A stretch of DNA of 63,469 bases, the filler included, from Licmophora abbreviata (taxonomy: Eukaryota), in the NCBI GenBank assembly GCA_900291995.1. It is 22 parts of 22 records of this genome, joined end to end, with 100 filler letters (N's around TTAATTAATTAA, not from the genome) between each part and the next. Parts side by side here need not be neighbours in the genome. Positions count along the whole stretch, not along the records: positions 1 to 4,742 come from OLMU01002286.1; positions 4,843 to 6,049 come from OLMU01002289.1; positions 6,150 to 8,167 come from OLMU01002292.1; positions 8,268 to 9,365 come from OLMU01002293.1; 18 more parts are not named here. One strand, 5' to 3'. The stretch's first letter is position 1, and each line of letters begins with the position of its first letter. Shown here in pieces: positions 1-9,166 of the stretch. The notes beneath the pieces were generated by a model. The model made no database searches and had not been told where the DNA came from. It saw nothing but the letters and a program-made list of their open reading frames with translations. The position numbers were made by a program, and so were the translations under genes.

Positions 1-464
1 ATCGACGGCGGCAGCATCGGGCCGATGATCCCACCCGCGACAGCAAGCGCCGTGGCGAAGGCGCGCGAGTAGCCACGTTTTTCCATTTCCGGGATCATGA
101 TCGCACCGATGGCAGCCGTTGTCGCCGGGGCTGACCCGGAAAGTGCCGCGAAAAAGGCCGCCGCCAGAACCGCGACCATGCCCAGTCCCCCGGTGCGGTG
201 GCGCACCAGAACATCGGCGAAGGCCACCAGTCGCCGTGATATTCCACCGGCGGTCATCAGGTCGCCAGCAAGAATGAAGAACGGAATAGCCAGAAGGCTG
301 AAGGATTGCGTGCCAGACACCATCCGCTGCGCGAAAATCATCATGTCGATATCGGCGCTCCAAAGCGCGCCGATCGTGGCCAGGCCGATGGCGAACGCCA
401 ATGGCACCCGCATCAGCAGCATGACCGGCAGACCCAGAGCCAGAACAAGAACCGTCGTGTTCAT
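1..464 (-). CDS. dctM: TRAP transporter large permease (DctM family), runs off the window start
   Basis: Manual translation from ATG at 464: MNTTVLVLALGLPVMLLMRVPLAFAIG...SFSLLAIPFFILAGDLMTAGGISRRLV...AALSGSAPATTAAIG...PEMEKRGY, typical DctM motifs. ATGA overlap with the dctQ stop. Confidence 0.92.
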   Translation of the reverse strand, partial: MNTTVLVLALGLPVMLLMRVPLAFAIGLATIGALWSADIDMMIFAQRMVSGTQSFSLLAIPFFILAGDLMTAGGISRRLVAFADVLVRHRTGGLGMVAVLAAAFFAALSGSAPATTAAIGAIMIPEMEKRGYSRAFATALAVAGGIIGPMLPPS

Positions 465-961
465 GAGCCCGCCTCGTTCTCGTCAGGCGAATGTGCGATC
501 AGCCGGGCGGCACCGTGCAGAATGAACAGCGCCCCGCAGATCGGCACGCAGAGATACAGAATTTCTATGGGCAATTGCAGTGCGGCGGTCTTCTGCCCCG
601 TGGTGCGCTCGACATAGGCGAACCCCGCCGTCAGCGTCACATATCCGAACAGAATTGCGAGAGCCGCAACCAATCGGTCGGCCCATCGGTGCAGACGTTC
701 GAACCGGGCCGGGATCGACTCGATGGCGACATGGAAGCCTTCGCGCAGACCAACGGTCGCATAAAGCAGAACCAGCCATGCAAACAGGATGATCGCCAGC
801 TCCTCGGTCCAGCTGGGCGGGGCGCCCAGAAAATAGCGCATGAGTACCTGTGTCACCAGAAGCCCCAACATCACGAAGATCACCCCGACACACAGATTGG
901 CCACAAGCCGCGAGGTGACGCGGCTTGTGGCGCAAACGAGGTTGGCGATCTGCCGCACCAC
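461..961 (-). CDS. dctQ: TRAP transporter small permease (DctQ family)
   Basis: Four hydrophobic segments; QVLMRY...SWTEELA motif and HVAI; lies between dctP and dctM. Confidence 0.9.
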   Translation of the reverse strand: MVRQIANLVCATSRVTSRLVANLCVGVIFVMLGLLVTQVLMRYFLGAPPSWTEELAIILFAWLVLLYATVGLREGFHVAIESIPARFERLHRWADRLVAALAILFGYVTLTAGFAYVERTTGQKTAALQLPIEILYLCVPICGALFILHGAARLIAHSPDENEAGS

Positions 962-975
962 CTGACCCCGTCTCT

Positions 976-1974
976 TCAGTTCGACGACACGGCAGCGAGC
1001 GCCTTGGCAAGCAACTCCGCGCCGATGGTCGGCTCGAAACGCTCATAGACCGGGCCGACCTTGGCACGGAACGCGCTCACGTCTTCAATGTCGTTGATCT
1101 CCATACCCTGCGCCTTGAGGGCTTCGACAACATCCGCTTCGGCCGCGGCGACGGCCTTGCGCTGTTCGGCAATCGCAGCGCGTCCTGCGTCCATCACAGC
1201 CTGCTGCACATCCTCGGGCAACCTGTCAAGGCTGCGTTCGGACATCAACAGGTGGATCGCCGAATAGGTGTGGCGCGTGAAGCTGAGATATTTCGTCACG
1301 TCCGCGTAATTGTTCGAATTCACGACGGAAGCAGGAATTTCCAGACCGTCCACAGTGCCCTGCTGCATCGCAGTGAACACTTCGCCCCATGCCATCGGCA
1401 CAGGGCTGCCCCCGAGCGACGAGAACATCTCGATGAAAACCGGGTTCTGCATTGTGCGGTATTTCACGCCTTCGACATCCTCAGGCGTGCGCACCGGACG
1501 CGTATTGTTGATCATGTTGCGAAACCCGCCTTCCGCAGCGCCAAGCGAAACGACGCCATGCGCACTCAGGTTTTCGGCAAGCTGCTGGCCGACTTCGCCA
1601 TCCAGAACGCTGTGGGCCTGCTCGGCGCTGCCGAACAGGAACGGCAGGTCAACCAACTGGTAGGTCGGCTCGAGATTGGCGACCACGGCATTCGTAATGA
1701 TGCCCAGATCAATGGTCCCGAATTGTAGACCCTCCAGGATTTCCTTGTCGTCGCCCAACTGACGGTTCGGGAAAAGCTGCACCTCGACCCGTCCGGGAAG
1801 TGCCGCCTCCAGCTCATCCTTGAAGGCGTGCGCCGCGATCGCATAGGGATCCGTGGGGCTGTCGGCGGTCAGCCATGCCAGCTTCAATTCGATCTCTGCT
1901 GCCTGTGCCGCTCCGGTCAGGGCAACGCTGGTCAGCACTGCGCCGAACACTCTGCGCGTGAAAGTCATCGTCAT
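976..1974 (-). CDS. dctP: TRAP transporter substrate-binding protein (DctP family)
   Basis: Start MTMTFTRR at 1974 behind a GGGAGGA RBS; signal peptide; FPNRQLG, DLPFLF, GFRN, PMAWGEVFTAMQQGTVDG motifs. Confidence 0.93.
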   Translation of the reverse strand: MTMTFTRRVFGAVLTSVALTGAAQAAEIELKLAWLTADSPTDPYAIAAHAFKDELEAALPGRVEVQLFPNRQLGDDKEILEGLQFGTIDLGIITNAVVANLEPTYQLVDLPFLFGSAEQAHSVLDGEVGQQLAENLSAHGVVSLGAAEGGFRNMINNTRPVRTPEDVEGVKYRTMQNPVFIEMFSSLGGSPVPMAWGEVFTAMQQGTVDGLEIPASVVNSNNYADVTKYLSFTRHTYSAIHLLMSERSLDRLPEDVQQAVMDAGRAAIAEQRKAVAAAEADVVEALKAQGMEINDIEDVSAFRAKVGPVYERFEPTIGAELLAKALAAVSSN

Positions 1975-2060
1975 CGGATATCCTCCCTTTGATGATCGTC
2001 CAGCTCCGGTATCTCCTCGGGTCCGGAGGTCTGACCGCAGCCTACACACAGCCCATCCGA

Positions 2061-2103
2061 TGCAAACAGTGCATAAATCACACCATAGCCTGCACACCGT
2101 GCA
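2061..2103. promoter_or_regulatory. Two TGCA-N5-TGCA boxes 30 bp apart in the divergent dctP/deacetylase promoter (putative operator)
   Basis: TGCAAACAGTGCA at 2061-2073 and TGCACACCGTGCA at 2091-2103. Confidence 0.4.
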
Positions 2104-2228
2104 TGTACCAAACTGAACCCCATGCAGGTTTGCGTGAAAGGAATGACGTTTCCTCAGGGCAGACAGAGCCCTAAACTGACGCAAGACCAGTGCGAACGTG
2201 ACGAACCAGACCGTGAATTGGACGCCGG

Positions 2229-3101
2229 ATGATGGATACGAAATTTGAAAGACTGCCCCTCGCGCAGGATCTGCAATGGCCAGACAATCGCCGGATCGCC
2301 GTGGTCTTCAACCTCGCCTACGAGATGTGGACACCCGGCGTGACATCCGGGGTCGGTCCGATGGGCAATGTGCTGAAAGACGGTCTGTTCGATCCAAATG
2401 CCGACAGCTACGGTCGCTATAACGCGGCGCAGGGCATTCCACGGCTGGCCAACATTCTCGAGCGTCACGGCATAACCGGAACGCTGATGACCTCGGGGCT
2501 GGTGGCCGAGGCCTTTCCCGAGCAACTTCGCGCCTATGCCGACAAGGGGTATGACATTGTCGGCCACGGCCTTGCGCAAGACATGGTGTTCCCGACGCTC
2601 TCTGAAGCAGATGCGGAGAGGTCGATTCTGCGCAGCACGGCGCTGATCGAAGCTGCCACCGGACAACGCCCGCGCGGCTGGATAAGCCCTCGGGTGACGT
2701 CCTCGACGCGGATCCAGAAGATGCTCGCCGATCATGGCTATCTGTGGCACGGAGACGTTCTGGATCAGGACCTTCCCTACGTCCAACGGTTCGACCAAGC
2801 CGAGATTATGGCCATCCCGATGTCAGTCGAATTCAACGATCTGCCCCATGCCATGCGCTTCGGTCGCACTCCAAGGCAGTTTGTCGACCTGTTCACCCAA
2901 ACGTTGGAAGGAATAAAATCGCAACCTGACGAAACGATCATTCTCGACATCTTTGCCCATGGCCATTGCTATGGCCGCCCGGTCGCAGCTTGGGCAATCG
3001 ACGAAATTGCCCGGGTCTGCAAGCAAGACGCAACGCTCTGGCTCACAACGCGTTCAGAGATTGCGTCGTATTGCACTCACGCCAGACAGCAGGCCGCTTG
3101 A
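2229..3101 (+). CDS. Polysaccharide deacetylase family protein, PuuE/allantoinase-like cyclic amide hydrolase
   Basis: WPDNRRIAVVFNLAYE, YGRYNAAQGIPRL, VGHG, RPRGWISP, DQDLPY, HCYGRP: layout of the PuuE-like CE4 subfamily. Confidence 0.8.
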   Translation: MMDTKFERLPLAQDLQWPDNRRIAVVFNLAYEMWTPGVTSGVGPMGNVLKDGLFDPNADSYGRYNAAQGIPRLANILERHGITGTLMTSGLVAEAFPEQLRAYADKGYDIVGHGLAQDMVFPTLSEADAERSILRSTALIEAATGQRPRGWISPRVTSSTRIQKMLADHGYLWHGDVLDQDLPYVQRFDQAEIMAIPMSVEFNDLPHAMRFGRTPRQFVDLFTQTLEGIKSQPDETIILDIFAHGHCYGRPVAAWAIDEIARVCKQDATLWLTTRSEIASYCTHARQQAA

Positions 3102-3884
3102 AGCTATTGAAGCGATCTGCGCTAGGGCTCGACCACTGCGCAGGGACGATGGGACTTTTCAGGGCTTTGATCTAGGCTTGGGATCAGGCGAGCGGCATAG
3201 GTTTCCAGACGGCACATAAGCAATCTACGCAGACCTGATGTCGCAATTTCAGCGCCAGACCAGTTCGCGTGGAGCTGGCGATAAGATCCGCTTTGATACA
3301 AGCGACGAACCGGCGTCGCCCATCCTTCGACGTCGTATCAATGCAAATCTCCGCCCCGGCAACCACAGCCTCCAGATGCGTGCACGTCATCTCCCTGAAC
3401 GCGGATCATGGCACGCGACAACGCACATGGCGGAGGCACTCAAACACAGATGACTGTGGCGAGGATGGCGCGCGCCAATGGTGTGGTGACTGCCATTTCG
3501 GACAGTAGGAAGGCAATGGCACGGATATCGCGACCAAAACGTGTCCGCGCAGGGCACGCGCTCCGGCGCCTGTATCTCTAATTTCAAGACGGTGTCTGGA
3601 CCGGCTGAGACAAGACTTTGCCACCGATCGGATATTGCCTCTCCAAAGATAGATGGGCCCAAGCCTGTTGCTGGTCTACCCAGTTTGCGAACTCGAAAGG
3701 CCGATATGTATTCGATCCGCACGCGAGCACAGCCACTGGCACACACACCGGAGCCGGCCCTGCAAGCTGGATCAGCAGCATTTCTGGGTCATGCTAGACC
3801 GGACGGGATAGCTCTTGCCGCGGGTTGACACCCAGAGAGCGCCCCTACCCCGCCGTGCCTTTTCTCTGAGCGCGGTCACAAGCC

Positions 3885-4715
3885 TTGTTACTATGTGTGG
3901 CACCGCGCGGGCTCTCGGGGCCGTGCGGCGGGCGGTGCGCGACGCCAGCCTGGCGCGACTTGAACGGTTGCTTTGCCGTGGATGATCTTGGAGTGATGAC
4001 GTGCGCCGGGATCGCCGAAGCGCGCCCGTTCTGGCCCAGCGATTATTCTGGGCTGATCGTCCGGCATCTGATGCGGCATCCTGGCCTTGTCCATGGGCGT
4101 CAGGTCCTGGATCTGGGCACCGGGTCGGGGATTCTGGCTGGAACTGCGTTGCAGCTTGGGGCGGCGGGGGTCGTGGCGACCGATCTGGATCCCGACGCAT
4201 TGCATCTTGCCGACGACAGGTTGGCGCGGATCGCGCCCGAGGCCAGTGTGCAGCTTTGCCAGGGCGCCATGTGGGACGCGGTCGCATCGGACGCCCGGTT
4301 CGATCTGGTGCTGGCCAACCTGCCCAATTTTCCCGCAAGGCAATTAGAGAGTGGGACCCGCGCCGCGTTCTGGTCGGTGGGCGGTTCGGATGGGCGCAAG
4401 GTGCTCGATCCGTTTCTGGCCGGTCTGCCAAGGCGACTGCAGCAGGGAGCCAGCGCGGTCTTTACGCAGAACCGCTGTGTCGGGTTGCGAATGACGCTGG
4501 AGCGTCTGGCGGCGGCGGGCTGTGCCGCGCGTGTCGAGGATACCGCGCTGGTGCCGGTCGGGCCGGACAAGATCACGGCGCTGTCGCGGGTCAACCACGA
4601 GCCGGAGGGCGTGATCGAGATGGCGGGTTTCGTGTTCCTGGAGGTGGCGTTGATCGTTGTGGAGAGCGAAGAGCCAGCGAGCCGGTCGATATCGGGACGG
4701 GAGAAGACAGGATGA
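3885..4715 (+). CDS. Class I SAM-dependent methyltransferase, HemK/MTQ2-like (start uncertain)
   Basis: VLDLGTGSGILA motif I, FDLVLANLPNFP (variant of NPPY), WSVGGSDGRKVLD. Confidence 0.75.
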   Translation: MLLCVAPRGLSGPCGGRCATPAWRDLNGCFAVDDLGVMTCAGIAEARPFWPSDYSGLIVRHLMRHPGLVHGRQVLDLGTGSGILAGTALQLGAAGVVATDLDPDALHLADDRLARIAPEASVQLCQGAMWDAVASDARFDLVLANLPNFPARQLESGTRAAFWSVGGSDGRKVLDPFLAGLPRRLQQGASAVFTQNRCVGLRMTLERLAAAGCAARVEDTALVPVGPDKITALSRVNHEPEGVIEMAGFVFLEVALIVVESEEPASRSISGREKTG

Positions 4716-4742
4716 ACAGGCTTCGAGGGTTTGGCGCGCTTT

Positions 4743-4842
4743 NNNNNNNNNNNNNNNNNNNNNNNNNNNNNNNNNNNNNNNNNNNNTTAATTAATTAANN
4801 NNNNNNNNNNNNNNNNNNNNNNNNNNNNNNNNNNNNNNNNNN
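4743..4842. other. Artificial scaffold spacer, first of 21 (each 100 bp). The others start at 6050, 8168, 9366, 14045, 16260, 20398, 25195, 29496, 33298, 36222, 38511, 40253, 43021, 44875, 46357, 51512, 53113, 54281, 58113, 62045
   Basis: Identical structure each time: 44 N, TTAATTAATTAA (stops in all six frames), 44 N. Confidence 0.99.
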
Positions 4843-4864
4843 GTATTGTAGTTATTTTAACCCC

Positions 4865-5182
4865 ATGACCACGACCAGCCCCAATGCCCGTGCCCTTGCC
4901 GCTCTCGGCCATGATGCCCGCCTGTCGATCTTTCGGCTGTTGGTAAAGGCCGGGGACGACGGCCTACGGGTCAGTGATATCGGCGAGCATCTGGGGCTTG
5001 CCCCATCGACGCTGGCGCATCACCTTTCGGCGCTTGTCGATGCGGGGCTGGTGCTGCAGGAGAAACAAGGGCGGGAGGTGTTCAACCGCGTCGATTATCC
5101 CGCGATGCGTCGCTTGATGGATTTCCTGACCTCGGAATGCTGCGCCGGCGTCACGATCAACTCTTCGGAGGATGCAGCGTGA
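4865..5182 (+). CDS. arsR: ArsR/SmtB family repressor with a C-terminal vicinal Cys-Cys
   Basis: LAALGHDARLSIFRLLV...STLAHHLSALVDAGLV...GREV...FLTSECCAG. Confidence 0.88.
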   Translation: MTTTSPNARALAALGHDARLSIFRLLVKAGDDGLRVSDIGEHLGLAPSTLAHHLSALVDAGLVLQEKQGREVFNRVDYPAMRRLMDFLTSECCAGVTINSSEDAA

Positions 5183-5237
5183 GATGCAAGCGCGCTATTT
5201 CTTGCCTCAAAACAACTGCAATTCCGGAATTTTAGAT

Positions 5238-6049
5238 ATGACTGATACAAGCCTGTCAGCGCCCGGCACCCGGTCTTTGCTGCGCCACATATTGCGGAAC
5301 CAGCGGGTTTGGCTCGCGTCGGTGTTGATCCTTTCGACGCTGGCGGTGTTCGACACATCACAGGCTCTGGCAAGCACGCTCTTCGCGGGCAGCGCACTCC
5401 TGAACACGGCGCCGTTTCTGATCTTGTCCATCACCATTGCCGCCTGGGCCAACGCCACTGGGGCTGACAACATGATCGCCAAGGCATTCACCGGCGCCCC
5501 GCTTCTGATGATCGGGCTTGGCGCGCTGGCCGGAGGCATTTCGCCCTTCTGCTCCTGCGGGGTGATCCCGCTGATCGCAGCGCTCCTTGCCATGGGCGTG
5601 CCGCTGTCGGCGGTCATGGCCTTCTGGCTGGCCTCACCGATCATGGACCCGTCGATGTTCGTGCTGACGGCTGGCGTGCTCGACCTGGAGTTCGCGGTCG
5701 CCAAGACGTTTGCCGCCATCGGGCTGGGCGTCTTTGGTGGCACGGTGGTGCATCTGCTTATGAAAGCCGGGGCCTTTGCAGATCCGCTGCGCGAAGGGAT
5801 CGGCAATGGCGGCTGCGGCGGCGCAAAGATCCGCGCGCCGAAGCCCGTCGCCTGGCGCTTCTGGGCGGATGCCGACCGGCGGGCGATGTTCGGCAGGACG
5901 GCGATGAGCACGACGCTGTTTCTGGCGAAATGGCTGACACTGGCCTTCATCCTCGAAAGCCTGATGCTGGCCTGGATCCCGGCCGAGACCGTGACCGCGA
6001 CGTTGGGTGGCGAGGGCCTGTTACCGATCCTCACTGCGACGCTGGTGGG
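5238..6049 (+). CDS. ArsP/DUF318-type permease, 3' truncated by gap
   Basis: PFCSCGVIPL motif, MAFWLASPIMDP, multiple TM segments; follows arsR. Confidence 0.82.
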
Positions 6050-6149
6050 NNNNNNNNNNNNNNNNNNNNNNNNNNNNNNNNNNNNNNNNNNNNTTAATTA
6101 ATTAANNNNNNNNNNNNNNNNNNNNNNNNNNNNNNNNNNNNNNNNNNNN

Positions 6150-7329
6150 CCTGCCCATCGTGCTCAAGGATCTCACGCCCACGGCAGGCATCCGCACGAC
6201 ACGCGGCTCGCGGCTTTTCGAAAACTGGGTCCCGTCCGAGGATGCGGCCCTCGTCACCCGGCTCAAGGATCAGGGCGCGGTCGTTCTGGGCAAGACAAAC
6301 ACACCCGAATTCGGGCATAAGGCGGTGACCGACAATGCGATCTTCGGCCCCACGGCCAATCCCTGGCGGCTCGACCGGATCGCAGGCGGCTCCAGCGGCG
6401 GGTCGGCCGCGGCCGTGGCAGCGGCGCTGGTGCCCTTCGCGGAAGGCAGCGACGGGGCCGGATCAATCCGCATTCCCGCCAGTATCTGCGGCACGGTGGG
6501 CTTCAAACCCACCTTCGGACGGGTGCCGGATGTGGCGCAAAGCTTCTTCAGCCACACGCCCTATTTCCACAACGGACCGATCGCGCGCAGCGTGGCAGAT
6601 GCCGATCTGCTGTATCGCGCGATGCTCGGCCCCACCTCTGGCGGCATCTTCTCGCTCCCGGTCGAGCAACCGAACGGTCTTGCGCAGAAACCGCTTTGCG
6701 ACATCCGCGTGGCCTTCAGCCCCGATCTCGGCCTCTTTCCCGTGCGCGCCGATGTCGCGCGGGCCTGTCGCAAGGGTGCCGAAGTGTTCGCCGCCCTCGG
6801 CTGTCAGGTGGTCGAGGCCGATCTGACGCTGCCCCCGGACACCGAAGCGGCGTTTCTCGATCTCTGGCGTGCCAAGGTCGCGGGCCTTTATGGCGACCTC
6901 GGCGCAGGCGATCTCGATCTTCTCGAACCGGTCGTCCAGACCCTGATCGAAGAAGGGCGCGCCATCGACATGGTGCGCTTCGGCAAGGCCCTCAAGACCC
7001 GTGACCGCGTATGGCAGGCCATGACCGAGCTTTTCGCAAAGGTCGATATCCTGCTCTGCCCCACGACCTGCGTCACCGCCTTTGCCCAGTCGGGCGGCCC
7101 ACCGCCGGACATCTCGGGACAGCCGGTCAATCCGCTGATCGGCTGGTTCCTGACCTACCCGATGAACATGACCGGCCACCCGGTGATCTCGGTGCCGTGC
7201 GGGCTCTGCGACGAGGGGCTGCCCGTCGGCCTGCAGATCGCCGGACGCAGGCTTGAGGATGACCTCGTGCTGCGCCTCGCCGCCGAATTCGAGGCGGCAC
7301 AGCGCTGGCCCCGGATCGCGCCGCTTTGA
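6150..7329 (+). CDS. Amidase-signature family enzyme, 5' truncated by gap
   Basis: KD...GKTNTPEFG, GGSSGGSAAAVAA, GSDGAGSIRIPAS. Confidence 0.92.
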
Positions 7330-8167
7330 TCATGCCCCGTGACCGGATCACCGTTCTTGCCCCCTATGATGTGATCGGCATGGTCGCTTCCATCGGGCAT
7401 GAGTTCGACAGCTGCGCATTCCATCTCGATGCCTATAGCGATTCCCGCGCTATCGTGGATCTCTTCCACAAGCACCGCGAGTCTTCCGACGCGATCCTGA
7501 TCGGCGGGCCTCTTGCGCATGATTACCTCATGGAGCAGATCACCGGAGCGCGGCGCGCCACGAGCATTCCGATCGGCTTCGTGCCCTATGACGAGACGGC
7601 GATCTTCCGGGCCCTGTTCGAGATGGCGCGCGACCGGGCCGACATCGATCTCGACTCCATGCGCATCAGCATCGACCACCCCGCGGGCGATCATATCCGC
7701 GAATGCGTCGAGGAAATCGATCTTGGCGTCGGCAACACCTTTTCCAAAGAATGCTCCTCCGCCGAGGATGTCGCCGCGCTGACCGCGTTTCACTCATCTC
7801 TGTGGCGCCGGGGCGATGTCAGCGCCGCCCTGACCAGTGTGCATTTCGTATACGAACGACTTCGCGAGCTGTCGGTTCCGGTCTACCGGATCCAACCCTC
7901 GAAATCCGCGATCCGCACCGCCATCACGGCACTCGAAGACCGGCTTCGCGAACGGCAGCTTCAGGACCGGCAGATCGCCCTTGTCGCCATCCGCTTCAAG
8001 GATGCGGCATCCGGCTCGGGGCGCGTGGATATCCGCAGCATCCTCGACCGGCGCAGATTGCCGGTGGAACGGTGCCTGAATGCCCTGGCCGAGCGGTTGT
8101 CAGGCGTCGCGCAATGGGTCTCGCCCACCGAGGTCCATATCCTCACGACACGCCGCCATGTCGAGCA
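7329..8167 (+). CDS. Uncharacterised putative transcriptional regulator (N-terminal sensor region), 3' truncated
   Basis: Long ORF coupled to the amidase stop with normal codon usage. The DAILIGGPLAH...FVPYDETAIFRALF...ISID pattern recalls uncharacterised regulators; no HTH is visible before the gap. Confidence 0.45.
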
Positions 8168-8268
8168 NNNNNNNNNNNNNNNNNNNNNNNNNNNNNNNNN
8201 NNNNNNNNNNNTTAATTAATTAANNNNNNNNNNNNNNNNNNNNNNNNNNNNNNNNNNNNNNNNNNNNC

Positions 8269-8463
8269 ATCACCTCCGATACCTGCCTGCGCTATGACAC
8301 CGCAAGCAGCGACCCCACCCTCCTGAAAAAGGCCGAAGCCGCGCATATAGGGATTGCATCGGTCAACCGCGTGCTCGCCTGTCTGTCGGAAAGCCAGATC
8401 GACCATTTCCGTGCCGATCATCTGGCAAAACGGCCCGGCCAAAGACCGATGATGCGGGCATAA
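8269..8463 (+). CDS. 3' end of an unidentified protein, possibly an isochorismatase-like hydrolase
   Basis: Open frame ITSDTCLRYD...EAAHIGIASVNRVLACLSES...MMRA* right after a gap; resemblance is weak. Confidence 0.3.
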   Translation: MTSDTCLRYDTASSDPTLLKKAEAAHIGIASVNRVLACLSESQIDHFRADHLAKRPGQRPMMRA

Positions 8464-8587
8464 ACCTTAGTCATATATCGGGGTTCATTTAGTCATTCCG
8501 ACTTCAGTCCAATGGCTTTCCACAGCCTGACGGGAAACATGTCCGACAAACGAGGCACGAGCAGCCTCCCGTTTGCGGAGATATGAC

Positions 8588-9166
8588 ATGCAAACCACAA
8601 TTGCCGAAGATGGCGACCCGGCAACCCAACCCCTGTTTGACGCCGCCGTGCTGCATATCGTGCGCAGCTACAAACAGGCCTTTTGCGCCGACAATCGGAC
8701 ACGGCCCGCCCGTCTCGTAATCACAACGACCCGTGCGGGGAACGTGGCCTGCGCCACCAGCATATCCTGCCACTCCGAAGGGTTCTTTTCGCAGCAATAT
8801 CTCGACGCCCCCGTCAGCCAGTTGCTCGCCGGGCGGACCGGCCTGAACGTCGCCCCAGAAACCATCCTCGAAGTCGGTGGCCTGGCCTGCACCTCGCCCT
8901 TCTCGGCCTATCCCACCTTGCGCTCCGTGTTCCAATGGGGACGCGAGCGTGGCATCGGCTGGGGCATCTTCACCGCCACGACCGAGGTCCGGCGCCTGAT
9001 CACGCGCGCGCGGATCACGCCTCTCATGCTTGCCCCCGCCCAAGCCAGCCGGGTGCAGGACCCCGCGCAATGGGGCGATTACTATGACCATGATCCTTGG
9101 GTCTGTGCCTTTCGCGACCCGGCTCAAGCGACCGACGCCCCGATACCCGCAGCCGAGACAGCCTGA
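8588..9166 (+). CDS. Thermostable hemolysin family protein (probably acyltransferase-like)
   Basis: GGAG RBS; FFSQQYLDAPV, ILEVGGLA, WGIFTATTEVRRL, WGDYYDHDP match the family pattern (LEQYLD..EVGNLA..FTAT..WGSYY..P). Confidence 0.85.
   Translation: MQTTIAEDGDPATQPLFDAAVLHIVRSYKQAFCADNRTRPARLVITTTRAGNVACATSISCHSEGFFSQQYLDAPVSQLLAGRTGLNVAPETILEVGGLACTSPFSAYPTLRSVFQWGRERGIGWGIFTATTEVRRLITRARITPLMLAPAQASRVQDPAQWGDYYDHDPWVCAFRDPAQATDAPIPAAETA

Noticed and set aside
3885..6049. Methyltransferase next to ars genes as an arsenite methyltransferase (ArsM)
   Set aside because: The sequence is HemK-like, without a recognisable ArsM cysteine pattern, and is separated from arsR by another ORF start and a gap.
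8588..9166. Interpretation as a pore-forming toxin or virulence factor
   Set aside because: No signal peptide or secretion genes, and it is translationally coupled to biosynthetic enzymes; the family name alone is not evidence of toxicity.
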